From a virus, in the IMG/VR virus record IMGVR_UViG_3300029240_000008: a stretch of DNA of 64,000 bases, one strand, 5' to 3'. The position numbers were made by a program, and so were the translations under genes. Positions 1 through 8,470 of this stretch are shown one piece after another (the stretch's first letter is position 1; each line of letters begins with the position of its first letter). Under the pieces are notes generated by a model. It worked only from the letters and a program-made list of their open reading frames with translations. It was not told where the DNA came from and searched no databases.

Positions 1-77
1 AAGCACTTTCCCGTTCTAAGAAAATATCTTGCACATACATACGCTTTTGTTCCGAATCTTACACTTGCACTACTCAT

Positions 78-371
78 TCAACTCTCCCCATCCTTCACGA
101 TTTTGATTGCAACTTCAAACGCATCAGTTTCACCCTCGAAATACTCCGATGCTTTCTGTAATGCAGCAGTTCTTGTCTTTTTTGTTTTCAACTGCTCCAC
201 AACCTTGTCCGCATCAAAAGCTGTCGGCTGTTCTTGAACAGTTGTAATTGCAAGATGTGTAAATAAATCCATCGGAGAAACATCATTTTCCGCAGCTTTC
301 TGCTTTTCTTTATCCCAATACCATTCGCTCATTTCTTGAATTAATTTATCAGCGTCAATTAATCTGCTCAT
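78..371 (-). CDS. hypothetical early protein, MxRLIDADK-family paralog
   Basis: 97-aa ORF whose start overlaps the stop of 368..634. It shares an N-terminal RLIDADK(L/I)I block and a central EQPT.FD.DKVV.QLK block with that neighbour. Confidence 0.55.
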   Translation of the reverse strand: MSRLIDADKLIQEMSEWYWDKEKQKAAENDVSPMDLFTHLAITTVQEQPTAFDADKVVEQLKTKKTRTAALQKASEYFEGETDAFEVAIKIVKDGES

Positions 372-634
372 TCAACTCCACCACCTTTCACGATTTCAAT
401 AACCCTGTCTAATGTATTTCCTACATTCTCATAAGCAATATCGAGCTTTTTATCTCCTGTGTTTGCAATTGAAAACCAATACATCGCCTTTAAATCTTTT
501 AACTGCTTCACAACTTTGTCCAAGTCAAAAACTGTCGGCTGTTCGTCAATAACTGCACCTATTGCAAAATCCATATCCGAATTTCCAAGAGAGTCAATTA
601 TTTTGTCTGCATCAATTAAACGCATTCCCATCAT
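368..634 (-). CDS. hypothetical early protein, paralog of 78..371
   Basis: 88-aa ORF. The likely true start is the ATG at 625 (MRLIDADKII), 8 nt after AAAGGA. It carries the same conserved blocks as the downstream gene. Confidence 0.55.
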   Translation of the reverse strand: MMGMRLIDADKIIDSLGNSDMDFAIGAVIDEQPTVFDLDKVVKQLKDLKAMYWFSIANTGDKKLDIAYENVGNTLDRVIEIVKGGGVE

Positions 635-708
635 CCTTTCTCATCAAAATCCAAGTCAACTCTAATCAAATCTGCGCCAATTGCTGTCAATAAATCAATC
701 AGTCTCAT
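631..708 (-). CDS. 25-aa truncated third MRLID paralog
   Basis: ATG at 708 follows GTGGAGGAA. The product is MRLIDLLTAIGADLIRVDLDFDEKG, and its TGA overlaps the next ATG (ATGA). Confidence 0.25.
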   Translation of the reverse strand: MRLIDLLTAIGADLIRVDLDFDEKG

Positions 709-865
709 ACTCTTCGCATTCCTCCACTTTTCAATCATTTACTATAAAATTAGCAATGCATATCACGCATGCTATAATATTAAGTGTCATAACATCCCAC
801 TTCTGATTGATTATATTCACAACAATACATGCAGCATTTGCAATGCTTAAAACTAATGCAAATAT

Positions 866-1024
866 TTATTCATTATTTTCTCCCTCTGCGATATAATCTT
901 CGCATTCCTCTGCATATTCATAACTGTCCATATCATCACATCTGCACTGACAGGAATCCTGCTTAGTACATCAGATGCAGCACTGTGTTTCACTGTCCGG
1001 ACATTCTAATTTACATCTTCCCAT
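866..1024 (-). CDS. Cys-rich, acidic micro-ORF with one in-frame TGA (17 + 34 codons)
   Basis: AAGGAGGAC SD precedes the ATG at 1024. The frame reads MGRCKLECPDSETQCCI-TGA-CTKQDSCQCRCDDMDSYEYAEECEDYIAEGENNE-TAA. Confidence 0.25.
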
Positions 1025-1354
1025 TTAGTCCTCCTTGTAATCCTCGATCGCAGATTTAAGTCCTTCATAGAAATTAATTCTTTTTCTTAGCGTGTTTAAT
1101 TCATTATCGTATTTTTTAAAAAATACTTCCTTTGCTTTTTCATAATCAGGTGCATCCAGAACAACCACTTTGCTGTATTCATTAATGAAATTACCTATTG
1201 ATTCTTTTCTTATAAACGAAGCGTAGACTCTGTCAGGAAATTTAGTTGCCGGTTTATATGTCTTCGGCTTTTCTGTTACTTCACATTCTTCAAGACGAAG
1301 ATTCCATTCATCTGTTTTTCTGTCGCTGTCTAAAATGTAGAAATATAATTTCAT
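1025..1354 (-). CDS. hypothetical phage protein
   Basis: 109-aa ORF tightly packed in the minus-strand operon. Its start overlaps the upstream stop. Confidence 0.55.
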   Translation of the reverse strand: MKLYFYILDSDRKTDEWNLRLEECEVTEKPKTYKPATKFPDRVYASFIRKESIGNFINEYSKVVVLDAPDYEKAKEVFFKKYDNELNTLRKRINFYEGLKSAIEDYKED

Positions 1355-1560
1355 TTTGTGTCCTCCTCATCTTTCTCAATCTCATTGCAGTTAGGTTCAT
1401 AAGGCTTAGGATATACAGTATATCCGCACTTCGGACATTTGATTTCCGGCGGATAGTATTCAACCCATTCCATATTTCCACCGCATTTTCTGCAACGGAT
1501 GTATCTCTCTACTTTCCTTGGTTTTGTTTTGAAAAATGAAGTGTAATTATTGTTTTTCAT
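1351..1560 (-). CDS. small zinc-ribbon protein
   Basis: 69 aa with CRKCGG...CPKCG, i.e. two CxxC pairs. It overlaps both neighbours. Confidence 0.55.
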   Translation of the reverse strand: MKNNNYTSFFKTKPRKVERYIRCRKCGGNMEWVEYYPPEIKCPKCGYTVYPKPYEPNCNEIEKDEEDTK

Positions 1561-1930
1561 TTCCGTTCTCCTGCTCTTTAAATTCCATCTTCAAATCGTA
1601 GACAAACTGGCAAAGTTTCTCTGCAACCTCATCCGCATTCTCTACATTTGCAAGCTGTCTAACATACTGCTTACCGCAGATAACACAAGTCAGCTTTCTG
1701 ATTGTTTCCCAGACCTGCCATGAGATAATGGTGGAATCAAAAGCATCTGCCATAAAAGAATATCTTCCATTTCCATTCTCATCTCTGAACCATTTTTCTC
1801 TTGGTACCTTTAATGTGGCTGCGACATCTTCTCTGATAAGACACCCTTTGTATTTTTCATCCATACGTTTTTCCAGTTCGTCCAGAAGTTCTTTCTTTTC
1901 CTGCTCTGTCATTACGTCCTCACTTTCCAT
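1547..1930 (-). CDS. hypothetical phage protein
   Basis: 127-aa ORF in operon context with overlapping ends. Confidence 0.55.
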   Translation of the reverse strand: MESEDVMTEQEKKELLDELEKRMDEKYKGCLIREDVAATLKVPREKWFRDENGNGRYSFMADAFDSTIISWQVWETIRKLTCVICGKQYVRQLANVENADEVAEKLCQFVYDLKMEFKEQENGNEKQ

Positions 1931-2315
1931 ATCTTTTCAAAACTTCTACAACTGCATTAATATGTTCTGACAGTGTATCTAAATCTTCGTCTTTAATTAC
2001 TCTCAGCCCACGGCTCGACTTAAAATCTTCAATGGCATATACACCATCTCTGATCTCCTTGAATTTCTTTGCCATTTCACTTTCTTTTATGGCTTCGGAA
2101 TCATATTTATAAAATGTCTCACATCTATCGTGTTCTCCGAACTTGTCGGTTTCGATTTTGGTTCGTTTAGGAGTTATGCGAATGATCTTTGCCGGATACA
2201 CCATGACGTGTCTAAAACTTATTCCCCATCCACACCGTACTTCCCTTGCAACTCCAACCACATCTCCGACTTTTAAATCATCTTTATTTATCGGGTTTAA
2301 TTTTGCTATTACCAT
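1920..2315 (-). CDS. hypothetical phage protein
   Basis: 131-aa ORF in operon context. Confidence 0.55.
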   Translation of the reverse strand: MVIAKLNPINKDDLKVGDVVGVAREVRCGWGISFRHVMVYPAKIIRITPKRTKIETDKFGEHDRCETFYKYDSEAIKESEMAKKFKEIRDGVYAIEDFKSSRGLRVIKDEDLDTLSEHINAVVEVLKRYGK

Positions 2316-2405
2316 CCTCTTGTTATCCTCACTTTCCTCATGTAAGCAACTGGCACGCTATTGCGCAGTCCTCCATGATTGATTTATCCAAATGCTACCT
2401 GTCCG

Positions 2406-2825
2406 TTATTCTCCGGGATTCTTTAATACAATCCCTAACTCTTCTTTAATAGCGTCTACATAATCAATCCATTCTGCCAGACCGTCATTGATGTAATCAG
2501 ATGCCCGGTCAAGGCCATTTCTAAATCTCTGACAGCGTTTCTCGCCAAAACCGAAATCATCATGCAGAACGGCAATCGACAATATTACGAACGAATCCGC
2601 TATAACCTCTTTTATTTTCTCTGAAGCTTTATCAAGGTCTTTTACTGCCAGAGAGGTATGTATCCCGGTCACACCCCGGAACTTGCATTCCTGTTCGAGG
2701 GCTTCAATCCCGCCCTGTTTGACAATTCGTCTGGCAAGGTCAAGCCCGTCTTCCCTGCCTCGTTCATATTCACGCATTTTATTCATTGTGTTAGACCTCC
2801 GCTCTTTTTTAGTTTTCCCATCCAA
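2406..2825 (-). CDS. hypothetical phage protein
   Basis: 139-aa ORF. An internal start at MNKMREY is possible. Confidence 0.5.
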   Translation of the reverse strand: MDGKTKKERRSNTMNKMREYERGREDGLDLARRIVKQGGIEALEQECKFRGVTGIHTSLAVKDLDKASEKIKEVIADSFVILSIAVLHDDFGFGEKRCQRFRNGLDRASDYINDGLAEWIDYVDAIKEELGIVLKNPGE

Positions 2826-3066
2826 CAGCCCTCCTTATCTTCTGAGTCAGAATGTCAAATTCCATCAACATCCTGCGATCATTCTTGTTTGAGTATGCGA
2901 TTGTTTGCTGTCCATCATATATGACCGCATATCTTCCGTTAATGTCATATGCCCCGCTGATTGCCTGCGATATCTGACTTCTTGTCTTTCCTGTCAATTC
3001 TGATATTTCAGCAAGCGTCAGCTCCCCGATATATTTTGAACCGTCGTATACGTCATACAGTTTCAT
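2809..3066 (-). CDS. hypothetical small protein, possible HTH
   Basis: 85 aa. LTLAEISELTGKTRSQISQAISG looks like a helix-turn-helix. Confidence 0.5.
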   Translation of the reverse strand: MKLYDVYDGSKYIGELTLAEISELTGKTRSQISQAISGAYDINGRYAVIYDGQQTIAYSNKNDRRMLMEFDILTQKIRRAVGWEN

Positions 3067-3310
3067 GTTTCTTTACTCCTATCAGTTCGTATGTCCTGTG
3101 CGAACCAGTTCCGTAAAATACGATCAATCCATCGTCCTCAAACTGCCTTAGATGCCTTTGAACGGCTGTCATGCTAATTTCCAGTTCATCAGATATAATT
3201 CTTGTCGGCGGTGTGCCTTTATGCGATTTTGAGTATTTCAAAATAAAATAATAAATATCCCGGCGGTTCTGCTTCCATTCCATATGTTTCCGATGTCTAA
3301 AATTATCCAT
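3053..3310 (-). CDS. winged-helix DNA-binding protein
   Basis: 85 aa. ISDELEISMTAVQRHLRQFEDDGLIV is a MarR/ArsR-like wHTH pattern. Confidence 0.5.
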   Translation of the reverse strand: MDNFRHRKHMEWKQNRRDIYYFILKYSKSHKGTPPTRIISDELEISMTAVQRHLRQFEDDGLIVFYGTGSHRTYELIGVKKHETV

Positions 3311-3323
3311 TTTTACGATTCCT

Positions 3324-4157
3324 TTATAAAAAATCTTCTATGCTTATCTGACTGTTTTCCTCAAAAACAAGCATTTCTTCTTTTGCTCTCTTAAAGAAAT
3401 TTCTATCAATTTCAAAGCCGAAAGCATTTCTTCCTATTTCATGTGCAGCTCTTAACGTTGTCCCACTTCCGCAACATGGGTCTATTACTACATCTCCGGG
3501 ATCAGTAAACGTTTCAATCAATCTTTTTAAAAGTTTGACTGGCTTTTGTGCCGGATGAATTTTAGGAATATCTTTTCCATCTTTCTCCCAATCGAACCAG
3601 TTAAAAACCATGTGCCCTGTACCTCTGATTGTTTTTCCGTTTTCGTCAGTCTGAACGCCGTTCCTAAACTTAGGAAGCCTGTCTCTGTAAAACAATAATG
3701 CGTATTCCGTAGCTCCAACCACACGCATATTCGCCTTTAATACTTGAGGGCTGTAATTTTTTATGAAAACAAGCGGGATATAATGTACAAAACCATGTTT
3801 TTCAGCAGCTTTAATCAATGTTTGTGTTTGTTCAAACGAGCAAAATACAATCATGCATGGAGAATTGCTACTTCTTCCTCTTGGCACAGGTGTTGTATCT
3901 TCTTTTTTTAACATTCTTGAGCAAAAGTGAAAGTATTCATATAAGTTAAAATTAAAATCTGAATTAAAGGCAGCTTTTCCTGCTAGTTTACTTTCACCAT
4001 TTTTATTATCCCCCCCTACATACCACATAGGGTTGCTCCCGTAAAAATTATTTGCTACATTATACGGAACATCAGCTATAACAAGCTGTGCTCTTGGAAT
4101 TGCATATTTCTTGTAATTTTGCATTGAGTCTCTGTATATTTCGCATTTTAATTTCAT
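3324..4157 (-). CDS. orphan DNA methyltransferase, beta class (N6-A or N4-C)
   Basis: A catalytic (D/S)PPY-like motif IADVPYN lies near the N-terminus. The SAM-binding motif VIDPCCGSGTT lies near the C-terminus. This IV-then-I order is the beta class. No restriction partner is visible. Confidence 0.75.
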   Translation of the reverse strand: MKLKCEIYRDSMQNYKKYAIPRAQLVIADVPYNVANNFYGSNPMWYVGGDNKNGESKLAGKAAFNSDFNFNLYEYFHFCSRMLKKEDTTPVPRGRSSNSPCMIVFCSFEQTQTLIKAAEKHGFVHYIPLVFIKNYSPQVLKANMRVVGATEYALLFYRDRLPKFRNGVQTDENGKTIRGTGHMVFNWFDWEKDGKDIPKIHPAQKPVKLLKRLIETFTDPGDVVIDPCCGSGTTLRAAHEIGRNAFGFEIDRNFFKRAKEEMLVFEENSQISIEDFL

Positions 4158-4214
4158 ATTTCAAAGAAGCCCGGTGCACCCTTGCGTCACATGAAGGCAA
4201 GCTCCTTTCATTTT

Positions 4215-4832
4215 TTATTCGTACGTTTTCTCATCAATCAGGTTCTGGAACTTTTCAAAAGCCCGGATTGATACTTTGTTACCCTGCTTCTCTGGTTTCA
4301 GCGAAACTTGCAAGTGTGTGTCTATGATGTGTGACAGCTCTCTGGCGAGGGATTTCTTGCCCTGCTTCAAACCATCGTAATAACCTTTTGCCGGTCTGTA
4401 CTCATCAATCTGCTTCTTACCTGCTCCCTGAGAGCCACCAGTCTTGTTTCTGAGCTGATATCCTTGATCTGCAAGCCATCTGATATAATACTGTTCCTTT
4501 TCGTCAAGTTCTGATTCTGGACAATTAATATGCACTACACGCCAACCATATGGATTTTTTTCTGAATATAATCCATGTTTTTTCAAGCTAAGATCAATGT
4601 GCTGTTGATGCCCTGTGCTATGTTGACATAATCTGGTAATTAGTTTCTTTGCCTGGCCTGCATACCCAAACTTAAAACCGTCTTCATCAATTCTTGTCAA
4701 AATGTAGATTCCGGGATTGTCGTTCAGATGCGGGTCAATTTTTAACCACCTCTTACGGTTCTCGGCTTCAATTGCCTTAGCTTTTACAAAATTTTTATAG
4801 TTACTATTCAAAAACTTATCACCTCGATTCAT
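4215..4832 (-). CDS. GIY-YIG domain nuclease
   Basis: PGIYILTRIDEDGFKFGYAGQAKKLITRLCQH matches GIY...YxG...R, followed by YYIRWLADQGYQLRNK. Confidence 0.6.
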   Translation of the reverse strand: MNRGDKFLNSNYKNFVKAKAIEAENRKRWLKIDPHLNDNPGIYILTRIDEDGFKFGYAGQAKKLITRLCQHSTGHQQHIDLSLKKHGLYSEKNPYGWRVVHINCPESELDEKEQYYIRWLADQGYQLRNKTGGSQGAGKKQIDEYRPAKGYYDGLKQGKKSLARELSHIIDTHLQVSLKPEKQGNKVSIRAFEKFQNLIDEKTYE

Positions 4833-4846
4833 TTTCGGTGTGTTTT

Positions 4847-4943
4847 TGATACCATTATGATACCACCTAGATACCTATATTGCAAGATAAAAATGATACC
4901 ACTTTGGTACCTGATTGACACCGACAAGCAAAAATGCTACAAT
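4847..4943 (+). promoter_or_regulatory. promoter with TGATACCA operator repeats for the RHH gene
   Basis: TGATACCA occurs at 4847, 4858 and 4894, with GATACC at 4870 and GGTACC at 4906. Then TTGACA (4915..4920), a 17-nt spacer and TGCTACAAT with -10 at 4938..4943. Confidence 0.6.
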
Positions 4944-4970
4944 GTTCTAAAAACAAGGGAGGGATTTCAC

Positions 4971-5123
4971 ATGACCGTCAAGTCTGATAAGACCAGAACT
5001 AACATCACGTTCCCGATACAGCTTAAAGAACAGCTTGAGCAGATTGCCAAGCAGGAGAACAGGAGCTTTAATAATCTGGTCATTACTGTTCTCCAAGATT
5101 TTGTAAAAAGTGCCGATAAATAG
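4971..5123 (+). CDS. ribbon-helix-helix (CopG/Arc-like) DNA-binding protein
   Basis: ATG at 4971 follows AAGGGAGGG. TRTNITFPIQLKEQLEQIAKQENRSFNNLVITVL fits the beta-strand plus two-helix RHH pattern. Confidence 0.65.
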   Translation: MTVKSDKTRTNITFPIQLKEQLEQIAKQENRSFNNLVITVLQDFVKSADK

Positions 5124-5137
5124 TCGGTGCTTTTTTT
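5109..5137 (+). terminator. intrinsic terminator after the RHH gene
   Basis: AGTGCCGA / TCGGTGCT stem with two GU pairs, followed by TTTTTTT. Confidence 0.5.
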
Positions 5138-5139
5138 AT

Positions 5140-5409
5140 TTAACTGTTATTCTCTCTATCATCCTCTATAGCTTTCCCAAGGCAAGCCATAACCGGTCCT
5201 GACTCAAGTAAGCATTCTCTTTCTCTGGTATTTTTACCATCATTTGAGCGCCAATCGCCAACAATGTATAGACTTGCATTCGCACTTAAAATGTCTGTGT
5301 CCATATTCCAATATTTAATGTGGATTTCGTATGCCGCATTTGCAGAGATCACATATCTGTAAATGCCTTTGGCGACTTCTTTCCAGTCTTTTAAATTTGC
5401 TGATACCAT
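5140..5409 (-). CDS. hypothetical phage protein
   Basis: 89-aa ORF in operon context. Confidence 0.5.
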   Translation of the reverse strand: MVSANLKDWKEVAKGIYRYVISANAAYEIHIKYWNMDTDILSANASLYIVGDWRSNDGKNTRERECLLESGPVMACLGKAIEDDRENNS

Positions 5410-5411
5410 GC

Positions 5412-5813
5412 TTAATCCTCCACAAATGGTGGTTTCTCATCCTCGAAGAAACTTTCGTAATCAAACCATTCATCTTTAATGAAATTTCCAATAATTTTCA
5501 CTGAATGTCCAAGCCCTTTCGTAGCAACTCTAACATGCTTTCCTTTCATTTCTATCAGGTCATCTACGCCAACAACGTCCATGATTCTCATAATCGCTTC
5601 AAGTCCTGCTTTTGAACCTTTAAAGTTTTCCGAGCCAAGGTAACCATGTCCTAAAACATATCCTCCGAATACAACGCCCCAGCCACCGCCAGAAAGAGCG
5701 AGGTCAAGGGTGAGTACTCCGTGATCTTTAAAATTCAATGATACATTTGTAATTTCAGCATTTCTTAATCTGTTTCCGTCGTTAATAAGTTCTTCTTCTG
5801 TCCAAATTTTCAT
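5412..5813 (-). CDS. hypothetical phage protein
   Basis: 133-aa ORF in operon context. Confidence 0.55.
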   Translation of the reverse strand: MKIWTEEELINDGNRLRNAEITNVSLNFKDHGVLTLDLALSGGGWGVVFGGYVLGHGYLGSENFKGSKAGLEAIMRIMDVVGVDDLIEMKGKHVRVATKGLGHSVKIIGNFIKDEWFDYESFFEDEKPPFVED

Positions 5814-5825
5814 TTCTTTCTCCTT

Positions 5826-6573
5826 TCAAAACGGGCATAAATTCAAATCAACATCCAGTCCCGGTCTTGCGATCTGCACCAGAACATCATCCCCGGAAAC
5901 GCCCTGTATCTCTTTCTGCATCACTTCCGGATTTCCCCATCCCTCTGACAGGTGGCATAGCGTTATAGTTCTGAGCGAAGCGGTCTTGTTCACTCGGATA
6001 ATCTCTTTTACAGTAGATAAGCTGCTGTGCCCCCGGACGGAGTGCTCAAACTTAAACGAATCCTGCTCCGGCGATTCGTCCAGATGATTGCATTCTATAA
6101 GGAAGTGATTTATTCTCATGTTCTTGAATGTGAACGGCAAATATGAGAAGTCTGTCGCATATATCAGCCGTCCGCATTCTTCGTGAGATATCAGGTATGC
6201 AAAGTTTGGTGTATTGTCGTGCGGGACATAGAACGGCGTTACCCGGAATGAACCTATGTCCTTTGATTTCTTTTCTGGTAAGCCGATCATCAGCTCGCCA
6301 GAGATTGTGTTTACACTCTTAACTGTCTCGTCATTGGTGTAAATTTGAATGCCGGCATTCAATATTTCTTTGTACGACTTCTTATGGTCGCCTTAATTAA
6401 CCATGTTCATGACTTAATAAGCACCCCGAAACTTCTGATATCCTATAAGAAATTCCTTTCAGGATTTCCGAGTATCTACATCCGCAATCCATAAGCAAGA
6501 TTTCGCCAGATTCAGATTTAAGTGCGTAGCAGTTTCCCGGCTGGCTACCTGTATTTATTATTTTCATGAACAT
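5826..6573 (-). pseudogene. MBL-fold metallo-hydrolase (putative recombination exonuclease), frame interrupted inside HxHxDH
   Basis: The N-terminal piece ends ...CLLSHEHG-TAA at 6397. The downstream frame continues GDHKKSYKEILNAGIQ... from 6392. Removing 10 nt restores HEHGDH. Confidence 0.65.
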
Positions 6574-6574
6574 T

Positions 6575-7144
6575 TCAAACCACCTCTCTTTCAAACTTCC
6601 ACACAAACCCTCCGGCTGTTTTCCTTACTCTCCCCGGTTTATATTCATTTTTATTTGCAACTTGAAGTATATTTCTGGAACATATGCCAGTAATAATTGA
6701 CGCTGTCATTGCATTTGGAAAAGAAGCTAAATAGTTTCCGTTCGTATCATACATATATATTGTTTTCGGGCGTTCATACTGGTTATAATGAATCATCCCC
6801 GTATCTATCTGCGGGAGCATTTTAGCAGTCTCTTTTCTATGTTCTGACGGATGCATTATTTTCAAGTTGGTAACTACGTTGTTCTGCTTATTGCCATCTA
6901 TATGATGTACGTGGTATCCTTTCGGAATTTCCCCTATGAAATGTTTAGCAACTAATGTATGTATTCTAGTTGTATGACATTTATTTCTTTCGTCATATAG
7001 GTTTACCGTAAAATACCATCCGTTTTTATCCTTATTCGACATTATGTGTCCACTTGAATCTTTTCTAAAACTTTTCAGCTTCCCTGTATTTGAAATTTGG
7101 TATAATCCCTCGAAACCATTTACCCATTTCCATTCTTCTTTCAT
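6575..7144 (-). CDS. HNH homing endonuclease (NUMOD4 + HNH_3 architecture)
   Basis: WKWVNGFEGLYQISNTGKLKS matches NUMOD4. HHIDGNKQNNVVTNLKIMHPSEH matches HNH. It is a paralog of 42993..43553. Confidence 0.75.
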   Translation of the reverse strand: MKEEWKWVNGFEGLYQISNTGKLKSFRKDSSGHIMSNKDKNGWYFTVNLYDERNKCHTTRIHTLVAKHFIGEIPKGYHVHHIDGNKQNNVVTNLKIMHPSEHRKETAKMLPQIDTGMIHYNQYERPKTIYMYDTNGNYLASFPNAMTASIITGICSRNILQVANKNEYKPGRVRKTAGGFVWKFEREVV

Positions 7145-7383
7145 ACTTTGTCATCCTTTGGAAATCTAAAAATCCCATCACCCATGCCGACAAATCTTCT
7201 ATCAAGCACATCAAGTGCATCCTGCAATTTATCCTGCGTCGAGTACATTGCCATCACATACGGACTTTGCTGTATCCCTCCGGCAAATACCGCCTGTATG
7301 TAGTTGTCCGAAACAAGCAACGCTGTCATTTCATACGGAAGATTGATTTTTCCATCCTGTGATATAATCCTCATAGTTCTCAC
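7141..7383 (-). CDS. hypothetical phage protein
   Basis: 80-aa ORF with a start/stop overlap. Confidence 0.5.
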   Translation of the reverse strand: MRTMRIISQDGKINLPYEMTALLVSDNYIQAVFAGGIQQSPYVMAMYSTQDKLQDALDVLDRRFVGMGDGIFRFPKDDKV

Positions 7384-7513
7384 CTCTTTTTTCGAAATAG
7401 CCTTTTACCGACTCATAGTACGGGCAGTTTTCACACCGCCCGATCTGAGTCATACCGTGACCGAATTTACCGCAGTCACATCGGTCGAAATTGATGCAGT
7501 CGCCGTACATCAT
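7331..7513 (-). CDS. small Cys-rich protein
   Basis: 60 aa containing CINFDRCDCGKFGH...CENC. It overlaps the next gene by 53 nt. Confidence 0.4.
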   Translation of the reverse strand: MMYGDCINFDRCDCGKFGHGMTQIGRCENCPYYESVKGYFEKRGENYEDYITGWKNQSSV

Positions 7514-7519
7514 ATGCGA

Positions 7520-8470
7520 TCACATCTCTTCTGGCTTCATAAAATCTGGAATCTCTGTTTCCTGTTTGTCTGCTGCCGGAACTGGTTCTTTCTCGGCAGT
7601 CTTTACGACTTCTGCGACTGTTGACTGTTTAGGCTGTTCTTCGATTGCTACTGGTTCGTCTGGGATAAATTCTTCTGCGTTGGCATTCTGCTCGATTTCA
7701 TAAGCAACTTCATGTTCAATAATATCCTGCTTTGGAATTTCTTCTGTGGCTTCCTCAACTTCCTGAATGAAAATATCACCATGACTATTGATAATCTGCT
7801 TTAACGCACGATTGATAACTGTTTTCTTTGCCATCTGGTCAGTAAACTTCTGGTGTGTTCCATTACCGCTTTCCTTGTAACCATAGCCCTGTGACCAAGC
7901 CTGTTTGATCTGTTTTATGTTCATTACTTCCAGATGCTTTGTTCCATCTTCCATCAGCACTACTGCATATGCCCCAAGAATCTGATCGTTGTCAATGTCC
8001 ATAAAATCCTGTTCGTGAGAATCCAGAACCTTGTTTCCATCTTCGATGTGGTATTTGAACTTATCACCATCGTAGATGATCTCGGCATGGATATCTTTCA
8101 TTCCATATCTTCTGGCGATTGTAATGTTTCCGAAGTAAGACCTTTGGAACTGGCACTGACCGCCGTAGGCAATGAAATAACCCTGTTTTTTCTGAACTGA
8201 AAGTCCGAGCGTTGCCATGTTCATAAGGCTGTTTGCAATGCTTGTAGCTGTGCAAGATTCCAGAATTGGCTTATTATTTCTGTCTTTTGTCTCTTTCAGA
8301 GTCAAATATGCCCCCATGAGCGCATTACTGAGGTTGTAGTCTTTTGGGAATGAAAGACCGTATTCGCATTTTTTTTCAAGCTGCTTAACCAACCCATCAA
8401 TGAATGAGTTGTTGATTACGATTGCCGCCTGCTGTTCTCCTGCTGTTGCTAACTGTGTTTTGTTTGCCAT
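7520..8470 (-). CDS. recT: RecT-family single-strand annealing recombinase
   Basis: GLSVQKKQGYFIAYGGQCQFQRSYFGNITIARRYG matches the RecT core pattern. The tail is acidic. Confidence 0.75.
   Translation of the reverse strand: MANKTQLATAGEQQAAIVINNSFIDGLVKQLEKKCEYGLSFPKDYNLSNALMGAYLTLKETKDRNNKPILESCTATSIANSLMNMATLGLSVQKKQGYFIAYGGQCQFQRSYFGNITIARRYGMKDIHAEIIYDGDKFKYHIEDGNKVLDSHEQDFMDIDNDQILGAYAVVLMEDGTKHLEVMNIKQIKQAWSQGYGYKESGNGTHQKFTDQMAKKTVINRALKQIINSHGDIFIQEVEEATEEIPKQDIIEHEVAYEIEQNANAEEFIPDEPVAIEEQPKQSTVAEVVKTAEKEPVPAADKQETEIPDFMKPEEM

Noticed and set aside
6393-6400. TTAATTAA (PacI site) as proof of an engineered insertion in the MBL gene.
   Set aside because: This cannot be decided from sequence alone. 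An 8-bp AT palindrome is not improbable in AT-rich DNA. It is kept as an alternative explanation inside the bypass/pseudogene finding rather than as a claim.
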